From contig CAVSUI010000003.1 of NCBI GenBank assembly GCA_963731365.1, positions 1,116,054 through 1,180,053 on the forward strand: DNA of 64,000 nucleotides, written 5' to 3'. The position numbers and the translations under genes were made by a program. Of this stretch, positions 43,635 to 54,286 are shown one piece after another. This DNA comes from an uncultured Gemmatimonadales bacterium. Its GTDB lineage: Bacteria > Gemmatimonadota > Gemmatimonadetes > Gemmatimonadales > Gemmatimonadaceae. The notes below the pieces were generated by a model that had not been told where the DNA came from, ran no database searches, and saw only the letters and a list, made by a program, of their open reading frames with translations. Each line of letters opens with the position of its first letter. The stretch's first letter is position 1.

Positions 43635-45218
43635 CTACTGGCCGAGACGGATGTTGATGACCTCGCTCTGCGGTGCAGCTGTCGCCGCCGGCGACATCGC
43701 GTTCAGGCTGATGTAGTCGCCTGCCTTCATCCCTGCGAGAACGTTCTGCAAGTCAGCGGGCGAATTGATCGCGACGTGCTTCGGATAGAGAACTTCGGTG
43801 ATGACCATTCCCGGCGCGAGCTTCTGATATGATGGGCCGAGCGCCGTGACATCGGCGACCAGCGCGCCATGAGCAGGAAGTCCCGCTCGGGCGCTGGTCC
43901 GCAGGAATGCTCTCGATCGGCGCCAACGTGACGCCGAGCTTCGCGCCGGTCGATACGCTTCCCGGCATCATGTTTCCATGAGTGTTGGATACCGGGACGA
44001 TCGTCGTCGAATCCGTCGGACGCGGAGCCAAGCTTCACATCCACGGACATGTGCTTGCCGTACCGAACGATCTCGAGGTGGATCGTCTCACCCGGCGCGT
44101 GATTGCGCACCATGCGCTGCAGCTCGCTGACGCGATCCACCGGCTGGCCATCTGCCGCGACGATCACGTCGCCTTCCTGGATTCCCGCGAGCCGTGCCGG
44201 ATTCGAGGCGTCGTCAGGGTTGAAGCCCTGGACGAGCACGCCGGCGACCTTATCGAGCTTGGCGACCGCCGCAGCGTCAGCATCGACGTCGGTGATCGCA
44301 ACACCCAAGCACGCCGAAGCGAACGTGGCCGTGCTGGATGATGTCATCCATAACCTTCTTCGCGAGAGTAATCGGGACTGCGAAGCCGTAGCCTGCGTAG
44401 TAGCCCGTCTCGCTGGCGATCGCGTTATTGATGCCGATAACCTGTCCGAACGCATTCACGAGCGGACCGCCGGAGTTGCCAGGATTGATCGCGGCGTCCG
44501 TCTGGATCAGATCCGAGATCGCGTACTTGTCGTTGCCGAGGAGCCCTGGGAGCGAGCGATCCTTGGCGCTGACGATTCCCGCCGTGACGGTGAAGTCGAG
44601 CACGCCGAGCGGGTTGCCGATCGCGATTACCCACTCGCCGACGCGAGCCTTGGTGTCGTCGCCGAGCGGAATGGTGGGGAAGTTGTTGCCATCGATCTTG
44701 AGGACCGCAACGTCGGTAGTCGGATCGTTGCCGATGACTTTGGCCGTGTAGATCTTGCCGTCCATCGTCTTCACGGTGACCCGATCGGCGACGGTGGTGT
44801 GATCGGCGTTGGTGATGACGTGGTTGTTGGTGAGGATGTAGCCGTCACGAGTGACGAGGAAGCCCGAGCCGCTCGCTTCCTGCACCGGCGGCCGCTGCGG
44901 TGTCATGTCGAAGAACTGATCCATGCCGGGCGGAAGCATTCCACGCGGGACTTGCATCCCGCGAACGCGGCCATTCGCTCCGGACGGATTGCGCGTTTTG
45001 GTATCGACCGTGATCGAGACGACGGCTGGCGTGACTCGATCGGCGATGGCGGCGAAGCCATCCGCGCCGCCGGGAAGGGCCGCTGCGTTTGAGTAGGATG
45101 CCTGCGCGAAGCCGTGCTTCGTCCAGTCCATGCCGGACGCGAGCAGAACGCCGCCCGCGAAGGCGACTGCGACTGCGACCGCGATTCCCCAGCGGGCGCG
45201 AGATGAAGTGGTTGCCAT
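43635..45218 (-). CDS. htrA: HtrA/DegP family periplasmic serine protease with two PDZ domains (3 frame changes, near 44303, 44030 and 43887)
   Basis: Signal/TM WGIAVAVAVAFAGGVLL. Catalytic triad context LTNNHVI, DVAVLKI and INPGNSGGPLVN (ORF 44277..45218). PDZ1 GVLVQGF...AGIQEGDVIVAADGQPV (ORF 43727..44455 frame). My own translation of the last frame gives PDZ2 GALVADVT...GMVITEV...INIRLGQ*, with TAG at 43635. Confidence 0.88.
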
Positions 45219-45561
45219 AGTGCTGCTGAAGCTGATGAGTTGTGAGAGTGATGGGAAAAGCTGTGCTTTTCCCTATCAATGAAACCCCAAGAAAGTACTA
45301 TAGGTTTCGTAAGACGCGCGCGGCCAACGTGTCTTGCATCATCAGCGCCGCGCTCGTTCGCGAGACCATCGCAGCCGCGCCGTTCGAGCCGGTTACACGT
45401 GCTCGCAACGCCGCCACCGGCGGCCGTCGCCAGCCGCGGTCCGCCACTAGCGGCGGCGCGCCGCCAATGGTTGCTTCCACCGGCATCCAACAATGGAGGG
45501 GAGATGGGCAAGACATCTCGTCAGCTCGGCGAGACGGGCTCAACCGCGGGAGCTGCGCACG

Positions 45562-45921
45562 ATGAGAATCACCATGGCCGTGATCCGGATAGCGTTCCTG
45601 ATTCTGCTGGTGCTTGGCCTGCTCTTCTGGTTTGGCTACTACCCGAACCTCATCCCGATCCACATGCTGGTCGGGCTTATACTGGTCGATCGCGCCTGTG
45701 GGTGCTGGCCCTCATCGCGGCCGCGTGTCCACGCGGGCGCGGGCTCGTGGCGGCGTGGCGATCTGGGGGATCGTAACGCTCCTCTTCGGAATGAGTCAGG
45801 CGCAGCATGATGGTCGGGAGCTCGCCACTGGGTAGTCCAGGCGCTCCACCTGCTGGTCGGCGTCGCCGCGCTCGGGTTGGCGGAGATGCTCGCGGCGCGC
45901 ATCAAGCGGGTCGCAGTCTAG
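45562..45921 (+). CDS. Small multi-TM hypothetical membrane protein, fragmented over at least 3 frames
   Basis: Hydrophobic collinear pieces: MAVIRIAFLILLVLGLLFWFGYYPNLIPIHMLVGLILV, LWVLALIAA, GGVAIWGIVTLLFGMSQAQ and VVQALHLLVGVAALGLAEMLAARIKRVAV* (TAG at 45919-45921). Start and family are unknown. Confidence 0.35.
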
Positions 45922-45939
45922 CGCTGCGAATTTCCGGAA

Positions 45940-45990
45940 ACGAACGAAAAAGAGAGGTGCTCCGAGCTGTTACTGCCGCTCGAAGCACCC
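45940..45990 (-). terminator. Intrinsic terminator downstream of dnaK
   Basis: On the minus strand: GGTGCTTCGAGC-(10-nt loop)-GCTCGGAGCACC, a 12-bp stem with one G-U pair, followed by TCTCTTTTTCGTTCGTTT. Confidence 0.65.
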
Positions 45991-46008
45991 CTTCTTCAGT
46001 GGATCCGC

Positions 46009-47937
46009 TTACTTCTTTGCTTCGTCGACGATCTCGTAATCTGCCTCTTCGACGTTGTCTTCGGCTGGCCGCGAGCGCTGCTCGCCAGCTTGAGCGCCAT
46101 CATTGCCTGGCTGCGACGTCTGGTTCTGCGCCTGGTAGAACGCCTGGCCGGCTTCGCTGTAAACGCGCTGCAGCTCGTCGGTGGCCTCCTTGATCGCGTT
46201 CATGTCGTCGCCACGAAGAGCGGTGCGCGCCTTCTCGACCGATGCGTCGAGCCGCTGCCGCACGCCTTCGGGAACCTTGTCGCCCCACTCCTTCGAGTTC
46301 TTCTCCACCTCGTAGGCGAGTGAGTCGAGCCGGTTGCGAGCGTCGATCTGCTCGCGGCGCGACTTATCCTCCGACGCGTTCTTTTCGGCGTCCTTGACCA
46401 TCCGATCGATCTCGGCGTCGCTCAGGCCGCTCGACGCTTCGATGCGGATCTTCTGCTCCTTGCCGGTCGCCTTGTCCTTCGCCGTCACGTTGAGGATGCC
46501 GTTCGCGTCGATGTCGAAGGTGACCTCGACCTGTGGCACGCCGCGCGGTGCGGGTGGGATTCCGGTGAGCTGGAACTTGCCGATGGTCTTGTTGTAAGTC
46601 GCGAGCTCGCGCTCTCCCTGCAGCACGTGAATCTCGACCGTCGATTGATTGTCGTCGGCCGTCGAGAACGTCTCCGACTTCTTCGTCGGAATCGTCGTGT
46701 TGCGTGGAATGAGCACCGTCATCACGCCGCCGAGCGTCTCGATGCCGAGCGAGAGCGGGGTGACGTCGAGAAGTAGTACGTCCTTCTGCTCACCGGTGAG
46801 GACGGCTCCCTGAACCGCGGCGCCGATCGCGACGACCTCGTCAGGATTGACGCCCTTGTTCGGCTCCTTGCCGAAGAACTTCTTGACCTCTTCCTGGATC
46901 TTGGGAATGCGCGTCGAGCCGCCGACGAGGAGGATCTCGTCGATCTCGTTCGGCTGCAGGCCGGCATCCTTGAGCGCCTGCTGCATCGGCGGGATGACGC
47001 GCTTGATGAGGTCGTCGACAAGCTGCTCGAATTTGGCGCGAGTCAGCGTGTAGTTGAGGTGCTTCGGACCGGTCTGGTCCGCGGTGATGAAGGGAAGGTT
47101 GATGTCGGTCGACTGAGTCGTCGACAGCTCCATCTTGGCCTTCTCAGCCGCTTCCTTAAGGCGCTGGAGCGCCATCGGATCCTTGGAAAGGTCGATGCCC
47201 TGGTCGCGCTTGAACTCGGCAACGAGCCAGTCGATGATGCGCTGGTCGAAGTCGTCGCCGCCGAGGTGGGTGTCACCGTTGGTGGACTTGACCTCGAACT
47301 GGCGCGAGCCTTCGACGTCGTAGAGCTCGAGCACTGAGATGTCGTACGTGCCGCCGCCGAGGTCGAAGACGGCGACCTTCTCGTCCTTCTTCTTGTCGAG
47401 GCCGTAGGCGAGTGCGGCGGCCGTCGGCTCGTTGATGATGCGGAGCACGTCGAGGCCGGCGATCTTGCCTGCGTCCTTGGTGGCCTGGCGCTGCGAGTCG
47501 TTGAAGTACGCCGGGACGGTGACGACTGCCTTCGTGACTTTCTGGCCGAGGTAGTCCTCGGCGGTCTGCCGCATCTTCTGGAGGATCATCGCAGAGATCT
47601 CGGGCGGCGTGTAGCGCTTGCCCTGGACCTCGACCGAGGCGAGATCGTTCTGGCCCGCGACGACCTTGTACGGGACGCGGGTCATCTCCTGCGCGACTTC
47701 GCTCATCTTGCGCCCCATGAAGCGCTTGATGGAGAAGATGGTGTTCTGTGGGTTGGTTACGGCTTGACGCTTGGCGATCTGGCCGACGAGGCGCTCGCCG
47801 TCCTTGGTGAACGCGACGACTGATGGGGTGGTGCGCCCGCCTTCCGCGTTGGGAATGACTACGGGGTCGCCACCTTCCATGACCGCGACCACGGAGTTGG
47901 TAGTGCCGAGGTCGATGCCGATGACTTTTTCTGCCAT
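46009..47937 (-). CDS. dnaK: Molecular chaperone DnaK (Hsp70)
   Basis: [23 protein letters not shown]..., [25 protein letters not shown]. The ATG at 47937 gives 642 aa. The ORF-track upstream extension to 48168 has no similarity to anything. Confidence 0.97.
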   Translation of the reverse strand: MAEKVIGIDLGTTNSVVAVMEGGDPVVIPNAEGGRTTPSVVAFTKDGERLVGQIAKRQAVTNPQNTIFSIKRFMGRKMSEVAQEMTRVPYKVVAGQNDLASVEVQGKRYTPPEISAMILQKMRQTAEDYLGQKVTKAVVTVPAYFNDSQRQATKDAGKIAGLDVLRIINEPTAAALAYGLDKKKDEKVAVFDLGGGTYDISVLELYDVEGSRQFEVKSTNGDTHLGGDDFDQRIIDWLVAEFKRDQGIDLSKDPMALQRLKEAAEKAKMELSTTQSTDINLPFITADQTGPKHLNYTLTRAKFEQLVDDLIKRVIPPMQQALKDAGLQPNEIDEILLVGGSTRIPKIQEEVKKFFGKEPNKGVNPDEVVAIGAAVQGAVLTGEQKDVLLLDVTPLSLGIETLGGVMTVLIPRNTTIPTKKSETFSTADDNQSTVEIHVLQGERELATYNKTIGKFQLTGIPPAPRGVPQVEVTFDIDANGILNVTAKDKATGKEQKIRIEASSGLSDAEIDRMVKDAEKNASEDKSRREQIDARNRLDSLAYEVEKNSKEWGDKVPEGVRQRLDASVEKARTALRGDDMNAIKEATDELQRVYSEAGQAFYQAQNQTSQPGNDGAQAGEQRSRPAEDNVEEADYEIVDEAKK

Positions 47938-48170
47938 GAGTGGATCTTCGGTTCGAGGAATCGGCGCGCCGGTGAAGGCGGCCGCTGCACAGCGTGCGAC
48001 GCCGACTGCGCGCCGCGTGCAGCATAGTGGTAGCAACCACGGTGCCGGAATTGTCTGCCAAAGTGGCACAGCCGTGGTGGATCCAGGGTGCCGAGCGATC
48101 GGCACCCTTTCTTGCGTGTGGGGAACGAGCCGCGTGAAAGCGCGACACGCCCAACGAAGCACGCCCAACG

Positions 48171-48899
48171 ATGATCCCTCTAGGCACTGATCTCCCCACG
48201 CGCCGCTGGCCGGTGATGAATTATCTCATCATCGCGGTGACCATCGCCGTCTGGGTGCTCGTGCAGGGCGCCGGCACGGACATGGTGCGACTCGCGACCA
48301 CGGTCTGCGATCTCGGGATGGTGCCCGGCGAGCTCACGCACCTCGCTCCGGTAGGCACCGGTGTGCCGCTCGGCGCCGGAATGGCGTGCGTCGTCGACAA
48401 TGACGCCATCAACTGGCTCACGCCGATCATCTCCATGTTCCTCCACGGGAGCTGGAGCCACATACTCGGCAACATGCTCTTCCTCTGGGTGTTCGGCGGG
48501 AACATCGAGGATGCGATGGGGCACGGCCGTTATCTCGCCTTCTATCTCATCTGCGGGCTTGTGGCGGCCGCTGCGCAGGTGGTGTCGAGCCCTGCCTCGC
48601 CGGTGCCTACGGTGGGCGCGTCTGGCGCGATCTCGGGAGTGATGGGCGCATTTCTGCTGCTCTATCCGACGGTGCGGGTGAGGATGTTCTTCTTCATCTT
48701 CTTCGCCGAGATCAGGGCATGGATGGTGCTGATCTACTGGTTCCTTCTGCAACTGTTCGAGGGATTGGCGCAGCTCGGCCCGATGACCAACCAGGTTTCG
48801 GGCGGCGTGGCGGTGTGGGCGCACGTCGGCGGATTCATCGCTGGAATAGTGCTGATAAAGTTCTTCGCGCAATCCGGCGGCGTGGCTCGGTACCGCTAG
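48171..48899 (+). CDS. Rhomboid family intramembrane serine protease
   Basis: Intact 242 aa. [20 protein letters not shown], catalytic [13 protein letters not shown] and a downstream His ([11 protein letters not shown]). Confidence 0.85.
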   Translation: MIPLGTDLPTRRWPVMNYLIIAVTIAVWVLVQGAGTDMVRLATTVCDLGMVPGELTHLAPVGTGVPLGAGMACVVDNDAINWLTPIISMFLHGSWSHILGNMLFLWVFGGNIEDAMGHGRYLAFYLICGLVAAAAQVVSSPASPVPTVGASGAISGVMGAFLLLYPTVRVRMFFFIFFAEIRAWMVLIYWFLLQLFEGLAQLGPMTNQVSGGVAVWAHVGGFIAGIVLIKFFAQSGGVARYR

Positions 48900-48970
48900 A
48901 GGCGCTAAGTTCATGTCTTGATGCCGGGGCCGGTTTCCCTGGAGATTCACGCCCTTCAGTCGGAGCACGA

Positions 48971-49582
48971 GTGCGGCTCATCCCCCGCGACGAACAGTTC
49001 TACGACCTCTTCACTCAGCTCGCGGGATGTCTCAAGCACGCCGCCGAGCTCCTCCACCAGCTCTTCGAGGAGCCCGAGCGTCGGCGTGACCATGTGCAGG
49101 CGATCAAGAACGCCGAGCACGAAGCGGACGGGATAACTCACGACATCATCGACAAGCTCGATCGCACCTTCATCACTCCGTTCGACCGGGAAGACATCCA
49201 CGCGCTCGCATCGAAGCTGGACGAGGTGGTGGATCTACTGGACGGCGCCGCGCGCCGCTTCGAGATCTTCGGGATCACAGCGGTACAGCCGGCGGCGGTG
49301 CGCCTCTCCGAAGTGATGGTGCGCGCCGCAGGTGAGGTCGAGGCGGCGGTGCGTGGGATGCGTGACGCCAAGATCGTCAACATCAAGGCGATGGAGCTCA
49401 AGCGTCTCGAAGAGGAAGGCGACGCCATCTATCACGAGTCGATGGGAGCGCTGTTCGCGCAGGGCGGCGACGCGCTCACCGTCATCAAGTGGAAGGATCT
49501 TTACGACAAGGTCGAGGACGCACTGGACGAGGCGGAGGACGTGACGAACGTGCTCCAGTCGATCGCCCTCAAGAACGCGTAG
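48971..49582 (+). CDS. DUF47 (PhoU-like, Pit-accessory) family protein
   Basis: RDEQFYDLFTQLAG...IKNAEHEADGITHDIIDKLDRTFITPFDREDIHALASKLDEVVD...DLYDKVEDALDEAEDVTNVL. GTG at 48971. Confidence 0.8.
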   Translation: MRLIPRDEQFYDLFTQLAGCLKHAAELLHQLFEEPERRRDHVQAIKNAEHEADGITHDIIDKLDRTFITPFDREDIHALASKLDEVVDLLDGAARRFEIFGITAVQPAAVRLSEVMVRAAGEVEAAVRGMRDAKIVNIKAMELKRLEEEGDAIYHESMGALFAQGGDALTVIKWKDLYDKVEDALDEAEDVTNVLQSIALKNA

Positions 49583-49584
49583 CT

Positions 49585-50622
49585 GTGATCGCGTACGTCG
49601 TGGCGATAATCATCGTCGCCTTCATCTTCGATTTCACCAACGGCTTCCACGACTCCGCGAACTCGATAGCGACGATTGTCGGAACGCGCGTGCTGAGTCC
49701 CGCGGCGGCAGTCGTGTGGGCGGCGTTCTTCAACTTCCTTGCGCTGTTCACCGTCGGAACGGCGGTAGCGAAGGCGATCGGCAGCGGGATGATCGACGTC
49801 TCGATAGTCGATCCGAACGTGGTGTTGGCTGGACTCATCGGCGCGATCGCGTGGAATCTCATCACGTGGTACTACGGCATTCCGTCGAGCTCGTCGCACG
49901 CTCTCATCGGTGGCTATGCAGGCTCGGCGGTCGCGAAAGCGGGTTGGGCGGCGATCATGTGGGGTGCGAAGTGGATCGAGACGCTCTCCTTCATCGTCAT
50001 CTCGCCGATCGTCGGGCTCATCGTCGGGCTCGCGCTCATGACGGCGATCTACTGGACGTTTCAACACTTCAAGCCGGGGCGAGTCGATCGCATCTTCCGC
50101 GTGATGCAGCTCGGAAGCTCCGCGCTGCTCTCGCTCGCGCACGGTGGCAACGACGCACAGAAGACGATGGGCATCATCGTTGGGCTTCTCGTCTCGGTGC
50201 GCGCACTGACGGTGCATCAGACGGGGATACTGCACCACCTCTACGTCGCGGATGCCAACGGTGTGCCGACGTGGGTCGAGGTGATCGCGTACACGGCGAT
50301 CTCGCTCGGCACGCTCTCCGGCGGCTGGCGCATAGTCGCGACGATGGGGCGCCGGATAACGCGGCTGCGTCCCGTGGGCGGATTCGCAGCCGAGACTGCG
50401 GGGGCGATCGCGATACTCGGTGCCACTCGGTTCGGCATTCCGGTGAGCACGACGCACACGATCACCGGATCGATAGTCGGGGTCGGTGCGACGGCGCGGC
50501 TGCGCGCAGTGAGATGGGGATTGGCGGGGCGCATAGCATGGGCGTGGCTGCTCACCATTCCCGCGGCGGGAATGATGGCCGCGGTGGCGTACCGCATCCT
50601 CGCGTTCATCGTCAGATTGTAG
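49585..50622 (+). CDS. pit: PiT family inorganic phosphate transporter
   Basis: FDFTNGFHDSANSIAT and the second-half repeat LSLAHGGNDAQKTMGI. Multi-TM. GTG at 49585, 2 nt after the DUF47 gene stop. Confidence 0.9.
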   Translation: MIAYVVAIIIVAFIFDFTNGFHDSANSIATIVGTRVLSPAAAVVWAAFFNFLALFTVGTAVAKAIGSGMIDVSIVDPNVVLAGLIGAIAWNLITWYYGIPSSSSHALIGGYAGSAVAKAGWAAIMWGAKWIETLSFIVISPIVGLIVGLALMTAIYWTFQHFKPGRVDRIFRVMQLGSSALLSLAHGGNDAQKTMGIIVGLLVSVRALTVHQTGILHHLYVADANGVPTWVEVIAYTAISLGTLSGGWRIVATMGRRITRLRPVGGFAAETAGAIAILGATRFGIPVSTTHTITGSIVGVGATARLRAVRWGLAGRIAWAWLLTIPAAGMMAAVAYRILAFIVRL

Positions 50623-50623
50623 T

Positions 50624-52741
50624 ATGAGCGACGACAGGGAGCTCTTCATCACGCGCGAGCTTAGCTGGCTCGCATTCAACTGGCGGGTGCTTCACGAGGC
50701 GTTCGACGAGCGCAACCCGCTCCTCGAGCGCCTCAAGTTTCTGGCGATCTTCAGCACCAACCTGGACGAGTTCTACATGGTGCGCGTCGCGGGATTGCGG
50801 CGGCAGGTGCTCGCGGGCGTGAGCACCCCGCTCGGGCCGGACGGACTTCCTCCAGCAGAGGTCCTCGCGCAGACCAAGCTGCGCATCCTCGACCACGTGG
50901 AGCAGGCGCAGCGATGTCTCCACGATCAGCTCCTGCCAGGCCTCGCGCGACAGGGTGTCAAACTGCTCACCATGGCGGAGCTGTCGGCGGCCGAGTGGCA
51001 GATAGTGGATGATTACTTCGAGGCGGACGTGTTTCCGGTGCTCACGCCGCTCGGCGTGGACCCCACGCACCCATTTCCGTACATCTCGAATCTCTCGCTG
51101 TCACTCGCGGTCCAGCTGTACGATCCCGACAACAAGATCGAGCGCTTCGCGCGAGTGAAGGTGCCGAAGAGTCTGCCGCGGTGGGTGTCGGTTGGAAGAC
51201 CATATCAGTTCGTTCCGCTCGAGCAGGTGATAAGCGCGAACCTCGGAGCGCTCTTTCCAGGGATGGAGATTCTGGGGAGCTGGGCGTTCCGAGTGACGCG
51301 GTACTCCGATCTGGAAGTGAAGGCGTCCGACGAAACGGAAGATCTGCTCGCGGCGATCGAGGAGCAGGTATTCCAGCGGCGCTTCGCCGAAGTGATGCGA
51401 CTCGAGGTGCAGACCGGAATGCCCGATGATCTGCGAGCAATCCTCGTGGACGAGCTGCGCGAGGAGCAGACGCGGGAGTACGCGCTGACGCCGGACGACA
51501 TGATCGACGCTGGAAGCTTGCTCGAGCTGGGCGATCTCATGTCGCTGGCGACGCTCGACATCCCCGAGCTGCGTGACCCGCCATTCGCGCCGATCACTCC
51601 GGTGCGGTTGCGCGACACGTCACGTTCGATCTTCGACGTGATACGCGAGCGCGATCTACTGGTGCATCATCCGTACGAATCGTTCACGGCGAGCGTAGAG
51701 CAATTCGTGCAGGCCGCCGCGGTGGATCCGGACGTGCTCGCGATAAAGATGACGCTGTACCGGACGTCGGGCGATACTGCGATAGTGCGCGCGCTCACCG
51801 AAGCCGCAGAGGGTGGGAAGCAGGTCGCGGTGCTCGTGGAGCTGCAGGCGCGATTCGACGAGGCGAACAACATCACGTGGGCGCGCACGCTCGAGGATTA
51901 CGGCGTGCACGTGGCGTACGGACTGCCGGGACTCAAGACGCACGCGAAGACGACGCTGGTGGTGAGGCGCGAGGCGGACGGCATCCGGCGCTACGTGCAC
52001 ATCGGGACCGGAAATTACAACTCGAAGACTGCGCGACTCTACACGGACATCGGACTGTTCACCGCCGGAAGGTCGATCGGCGCAGACGTCACAGATCTGT
52101 TCAACGCGCTGACGGGCTTCTCACGGCAACGGCTCTACCGGCAGCTTCTCGTCGCTCCTGCGAACATGCGCGACAGGTTTCTCGATCTTATAAAGCGTGA
52201 GGCAAACAACGCCAGATCCGGAAAGCGCGCCCGAATCATCGCGAAGATGAACGCGCTGGTCGACGAGCAGGTGGTCGATGCGCTGTACGATGCGTCGCGC
52301 GCAGGGGTGGACGTCGATCTGATAGTGCGCGGAACCTGCTGTCTGCGACCCGGAGTCGCGGGAGTGAGCGAGAACATCCGCGTGATCAGCATCATCGGAC
52401 GGTTCCTGGAGCACTCGCGCGTGTGGTTCTTCGACAACGCTGGCGACAACGAGTACTACATCGGCTCGCCGGACTGGATGCCGCGAAACTTCGACCGGCG
52501 CGTGGAAGCGGTAGCGCCGGTGCTGGACAAGGCGTTACACGAGCCGCTCCGATCGCTGCTTCACACGTGCCTGATCGACAACCGCGAAGCGTGGGAGCTC
52601 AAGCCGAGCGGGCAGTATGTGCAGCGCGATCCGTACGGCGGTCCGGTGCACGCCGCGCAGGAGACTTTTCTGAAGGAGCCGTGGGGAAGGATGGATTCGC
52701 ACCACGAGAGCGCGACGAGCGGCGCGAGCACGGAACGTTGA
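50624..52741 (+). CDS. ppk1: Polyphosphate kinase 1
   Basis: Intact 705 aa. ELSWLAFNWRVLHEA, FLAIFSTNLDEFYMVRV, the two PLD-like HKD regions (GLKTHAKTTLVVRRE and RFLEHSRVWFF). The start is 1 nt after the pit stop. Confidence 0.97.
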   Translation: MSDDRELFITRELSWLAFNWRVLHEAFDERNPLLERLKFLAIFSTNLDEFYMVRVAGLRRQVLAGVSTPLGPDGLPPAEVLAQTKLRILDHVEQAQRCLHDQLLPGLARQGVKLLTMAELSAAEWQIVDDYFEADVFPVLTPLGVDPTHPFPYISNLSLSLAVQLYDPDNKIERFARVKVPKSLPRWVSVGRPYQFVPLEQVISANLGALFPGMEILGSWAFRVTRYSDLEVKASDETEDLLAAIEEQVFQRRFAEVMRLEVQTGMPDDLRAILVDELREEQTREYALTPDDMIDAGSLLELGDLMSLATLDIPELRDPPFAPITPVRLRDTSRSIFDVIRERDLLVHHPYESFTASVEQFVQAAAVDPDVLAIKMTLYRTSGDTAIVRALTEAAEGGKQVAVLVELQARFDEANNITWARTLEDYGVHVAYGLPGLKTHAKTTLVVRREADGIRRYVHIGTGNYNSKTARLYTDIGLFTAGRSIGADVTDLFNALTGFSRQRLYRQLLVAPANMRDRFLDLIKREANNARSGKRARIIAKMNALVDEQVVDALYDASRAGVDVDLIVRGTCCLRPGVAGVSENIRVISIIGRFLEHSRVWFFDNAGDNEYYIGSPDWMPRNFDRRVEAVAPVLDKALHEPLRSLLHTCLIDNREAWELKPSGQYVQRDPYGGPVHAAQETFLKEPWGRMDSHHESATSGASTER

Positions 52742-52809
52742 GTCGCGGACTAGCCGTTGTGTTCGCCCTCGACGGTGTAGCTGATCGGTCTCGGCTCCCC
52801 AGCGTAGCG

Positions 52810-53106
52810 TCAACCGCCCGCTATCGCTCCCACAATGAGATACGGCTCCGTGCCGGCAGCGACTGCGTCGGGGAGCGGCGCGTCGAGTGGCTCGTGCGAG
52901 AGATCCTCGCCGCATGCGAAGAAGCGCACGAATGCGCGCCGTTGCTGCGTCTGCTGATCACGAATCGTCCCGCGCAGCGTCGGGTAAGTCGATTCGAGTG
53001 CGTCGAGCAATGACCGGTGAGTGGCCTGCCCGCGCACGGCGAGAACGACGTCACCATCAATGCGGGCGAGCCGGCGCAGCGGCTGCGGAATCTCGACGTG
53101 AATCAC
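52810..53106 (-). CDS. MoaD/ThiS-like beta-grasp protein ending in Gly-Gly
   Basis: [26 protein letters not shown]...TLRGTIRDQ...[11 protein letters not shown]...[12 protein letters not shown] (98 aa). The GTG start overlaps the upstream stop (GTGA at 53103-53106). Confidence 0.6.
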   Translation of the reverse strand: MIHVEIPQPLRRLARIDGDVVLAVRGQATHRSLLDALESTYPTLRGTIRDQQTQQRRAFVRFFACGEDLSHEPLDAPLPDAVAAGTEPYLIVGAIAGG

Positions 53107-54219
53107 GCGAGCGTCTGGACCTCGACCGAGAGAACTGCGGGAAGATCGCGCACGATCGGCGCCCAATTGTCGCCTCCATCGTGCGATGCGTACACCTGAC
53201 CGCCGGTAGTTCCGAAGTACACTCCGCACGAGTCGCACGAATCGACCGCCATCGCGTCACGTAGGACGTTCACGTAGCAGTCACGTTGAGGCAGCCCGTT
53301 CGTGAGCGGCTCCCACTCGTCGCCACCGACCGTGCTGCGATACACGCGCAGCTTGCCGTCGGGGGGAAAGTGCTCCGAGTCGCTCTTGATCGGGACTACG
53401 AATACCGTATTCGGCTCGTGGGCGTGGATGTCCACGACGAAGCCGAAGTCGGTGGGGAGATTGCCACTTATCTCGTGCCACGAGTCACCGGCGTCGTCGC
53501 TGCGCATCACGTCCCAGTGCTTCTGCATGAAGAGGACATTCGGGCGGGCACGGATGCTGCGCGATGCGGTGCACGCAGTGTCCGACTTCGGCGGTCGGAT
53601 CAGGGATGTACTGTGAGCTGAGCCCGCGGTTGATCGGCTTCCACGTTGCGCCACCGTCGTCGGTGCGGAACGCGCCCGCGGCCGAGATGGCGATGAACAT
53701 TCGCTTGGGATCGACAGGATCGAGCAGAATGGTGTGGAGGCACATGCCGCCGGCGCCCGGTTGCCACCGCGGACCGGAGCCATGCTCGCGGAGCCCAGGG
53801 AGCTCTTGCCACGACGCGCCAGCGTCGGTCGAGCGGAAGAGCGCGGCGTCCTCGATACCGGCGTAGACAGTGTCTGCGTCAGTGAGCGACGGCTCGACGT
53901 GCCACACGCGCTTGAACGCCCACGGGTGCGCCGTGCCGTCGTACCACTGATGCGTGCCCGGCACGCCCGCATACTCGAACTGGTTGCCGACGGCCTCCCA
54001 GCTCTTCCCGCCGTCGCTGGAGCGCTGCATCACCTGACCGAACCATCCGCTGGATTGCGAGGCGTAGATGCGGTCGGAATCGACTGGCGATCCCTTCATG
54101 TGATAGATCTCCCAGCCCGCGAAGTGCGGTCCGCTCACGTCCCACTTCTCGCGACTCTCGTCCGACGAGAGAATGAATGCGCCTTTGCGCGTACCAACCA
54201 GGACGCGAACTGACGTCAC
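53103..54219 (-). CDS. BNR/sortilin-Vps10-type repeat (sialidase-like beta-propeller) protein (frame interrupted near 53550)
   Basis: Repeated SxDxGxxW motifs: [33 protein letters not shown] (ORF 53485..54219), then [33 protein letters not shown] (ORF 53103..53972 frame). Confidence 0.7.
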
Positions 54220-54244
54220 CGAATTTCCCCGGATTATGGTTGGG

Positions 54245-54277
54245 CAAGAATATAAGGTCGCGCCGAGAGGGCGCGAG
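54245..54277 (-). terminator. Putative intrinsic terminator after the deoC-ALDH operon
   Basis: On the minus strand: TCGCGCC ctctc GGCGCGA followed by CCTTATATTCTTG. It lies about 10 nt after the stop at 54287. Confidence 0.45.
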
Positions 54278-54286
54278 CCTGTTCTC

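Noticed and set aside
45452-45465. The perfect 14-bp palindrome GGCGGCGCGCCGCC, and other short GC-only palindromes.
   Set aside because: It is made of G and C only. Such palindromes are expected frequently at this base composition, and there is no positional logic.
47938-48170. CIRCE (HrcA) operator, a sigma-32-type promoter, or a sigma-54 promoter (TGGCAC at 48064-48069) upstream of dnaK or the rhomboid gene.
   Set aside because: There is no TTAGCACTC-N9-GAGTGCTAA. The TGGCAC is not followed by TTGC at the correct spacing (it reads TGGTG). The CAAGAAA...CCCTGGAT match to the sigma-32 consensus is poor and has 19-nt spacing.
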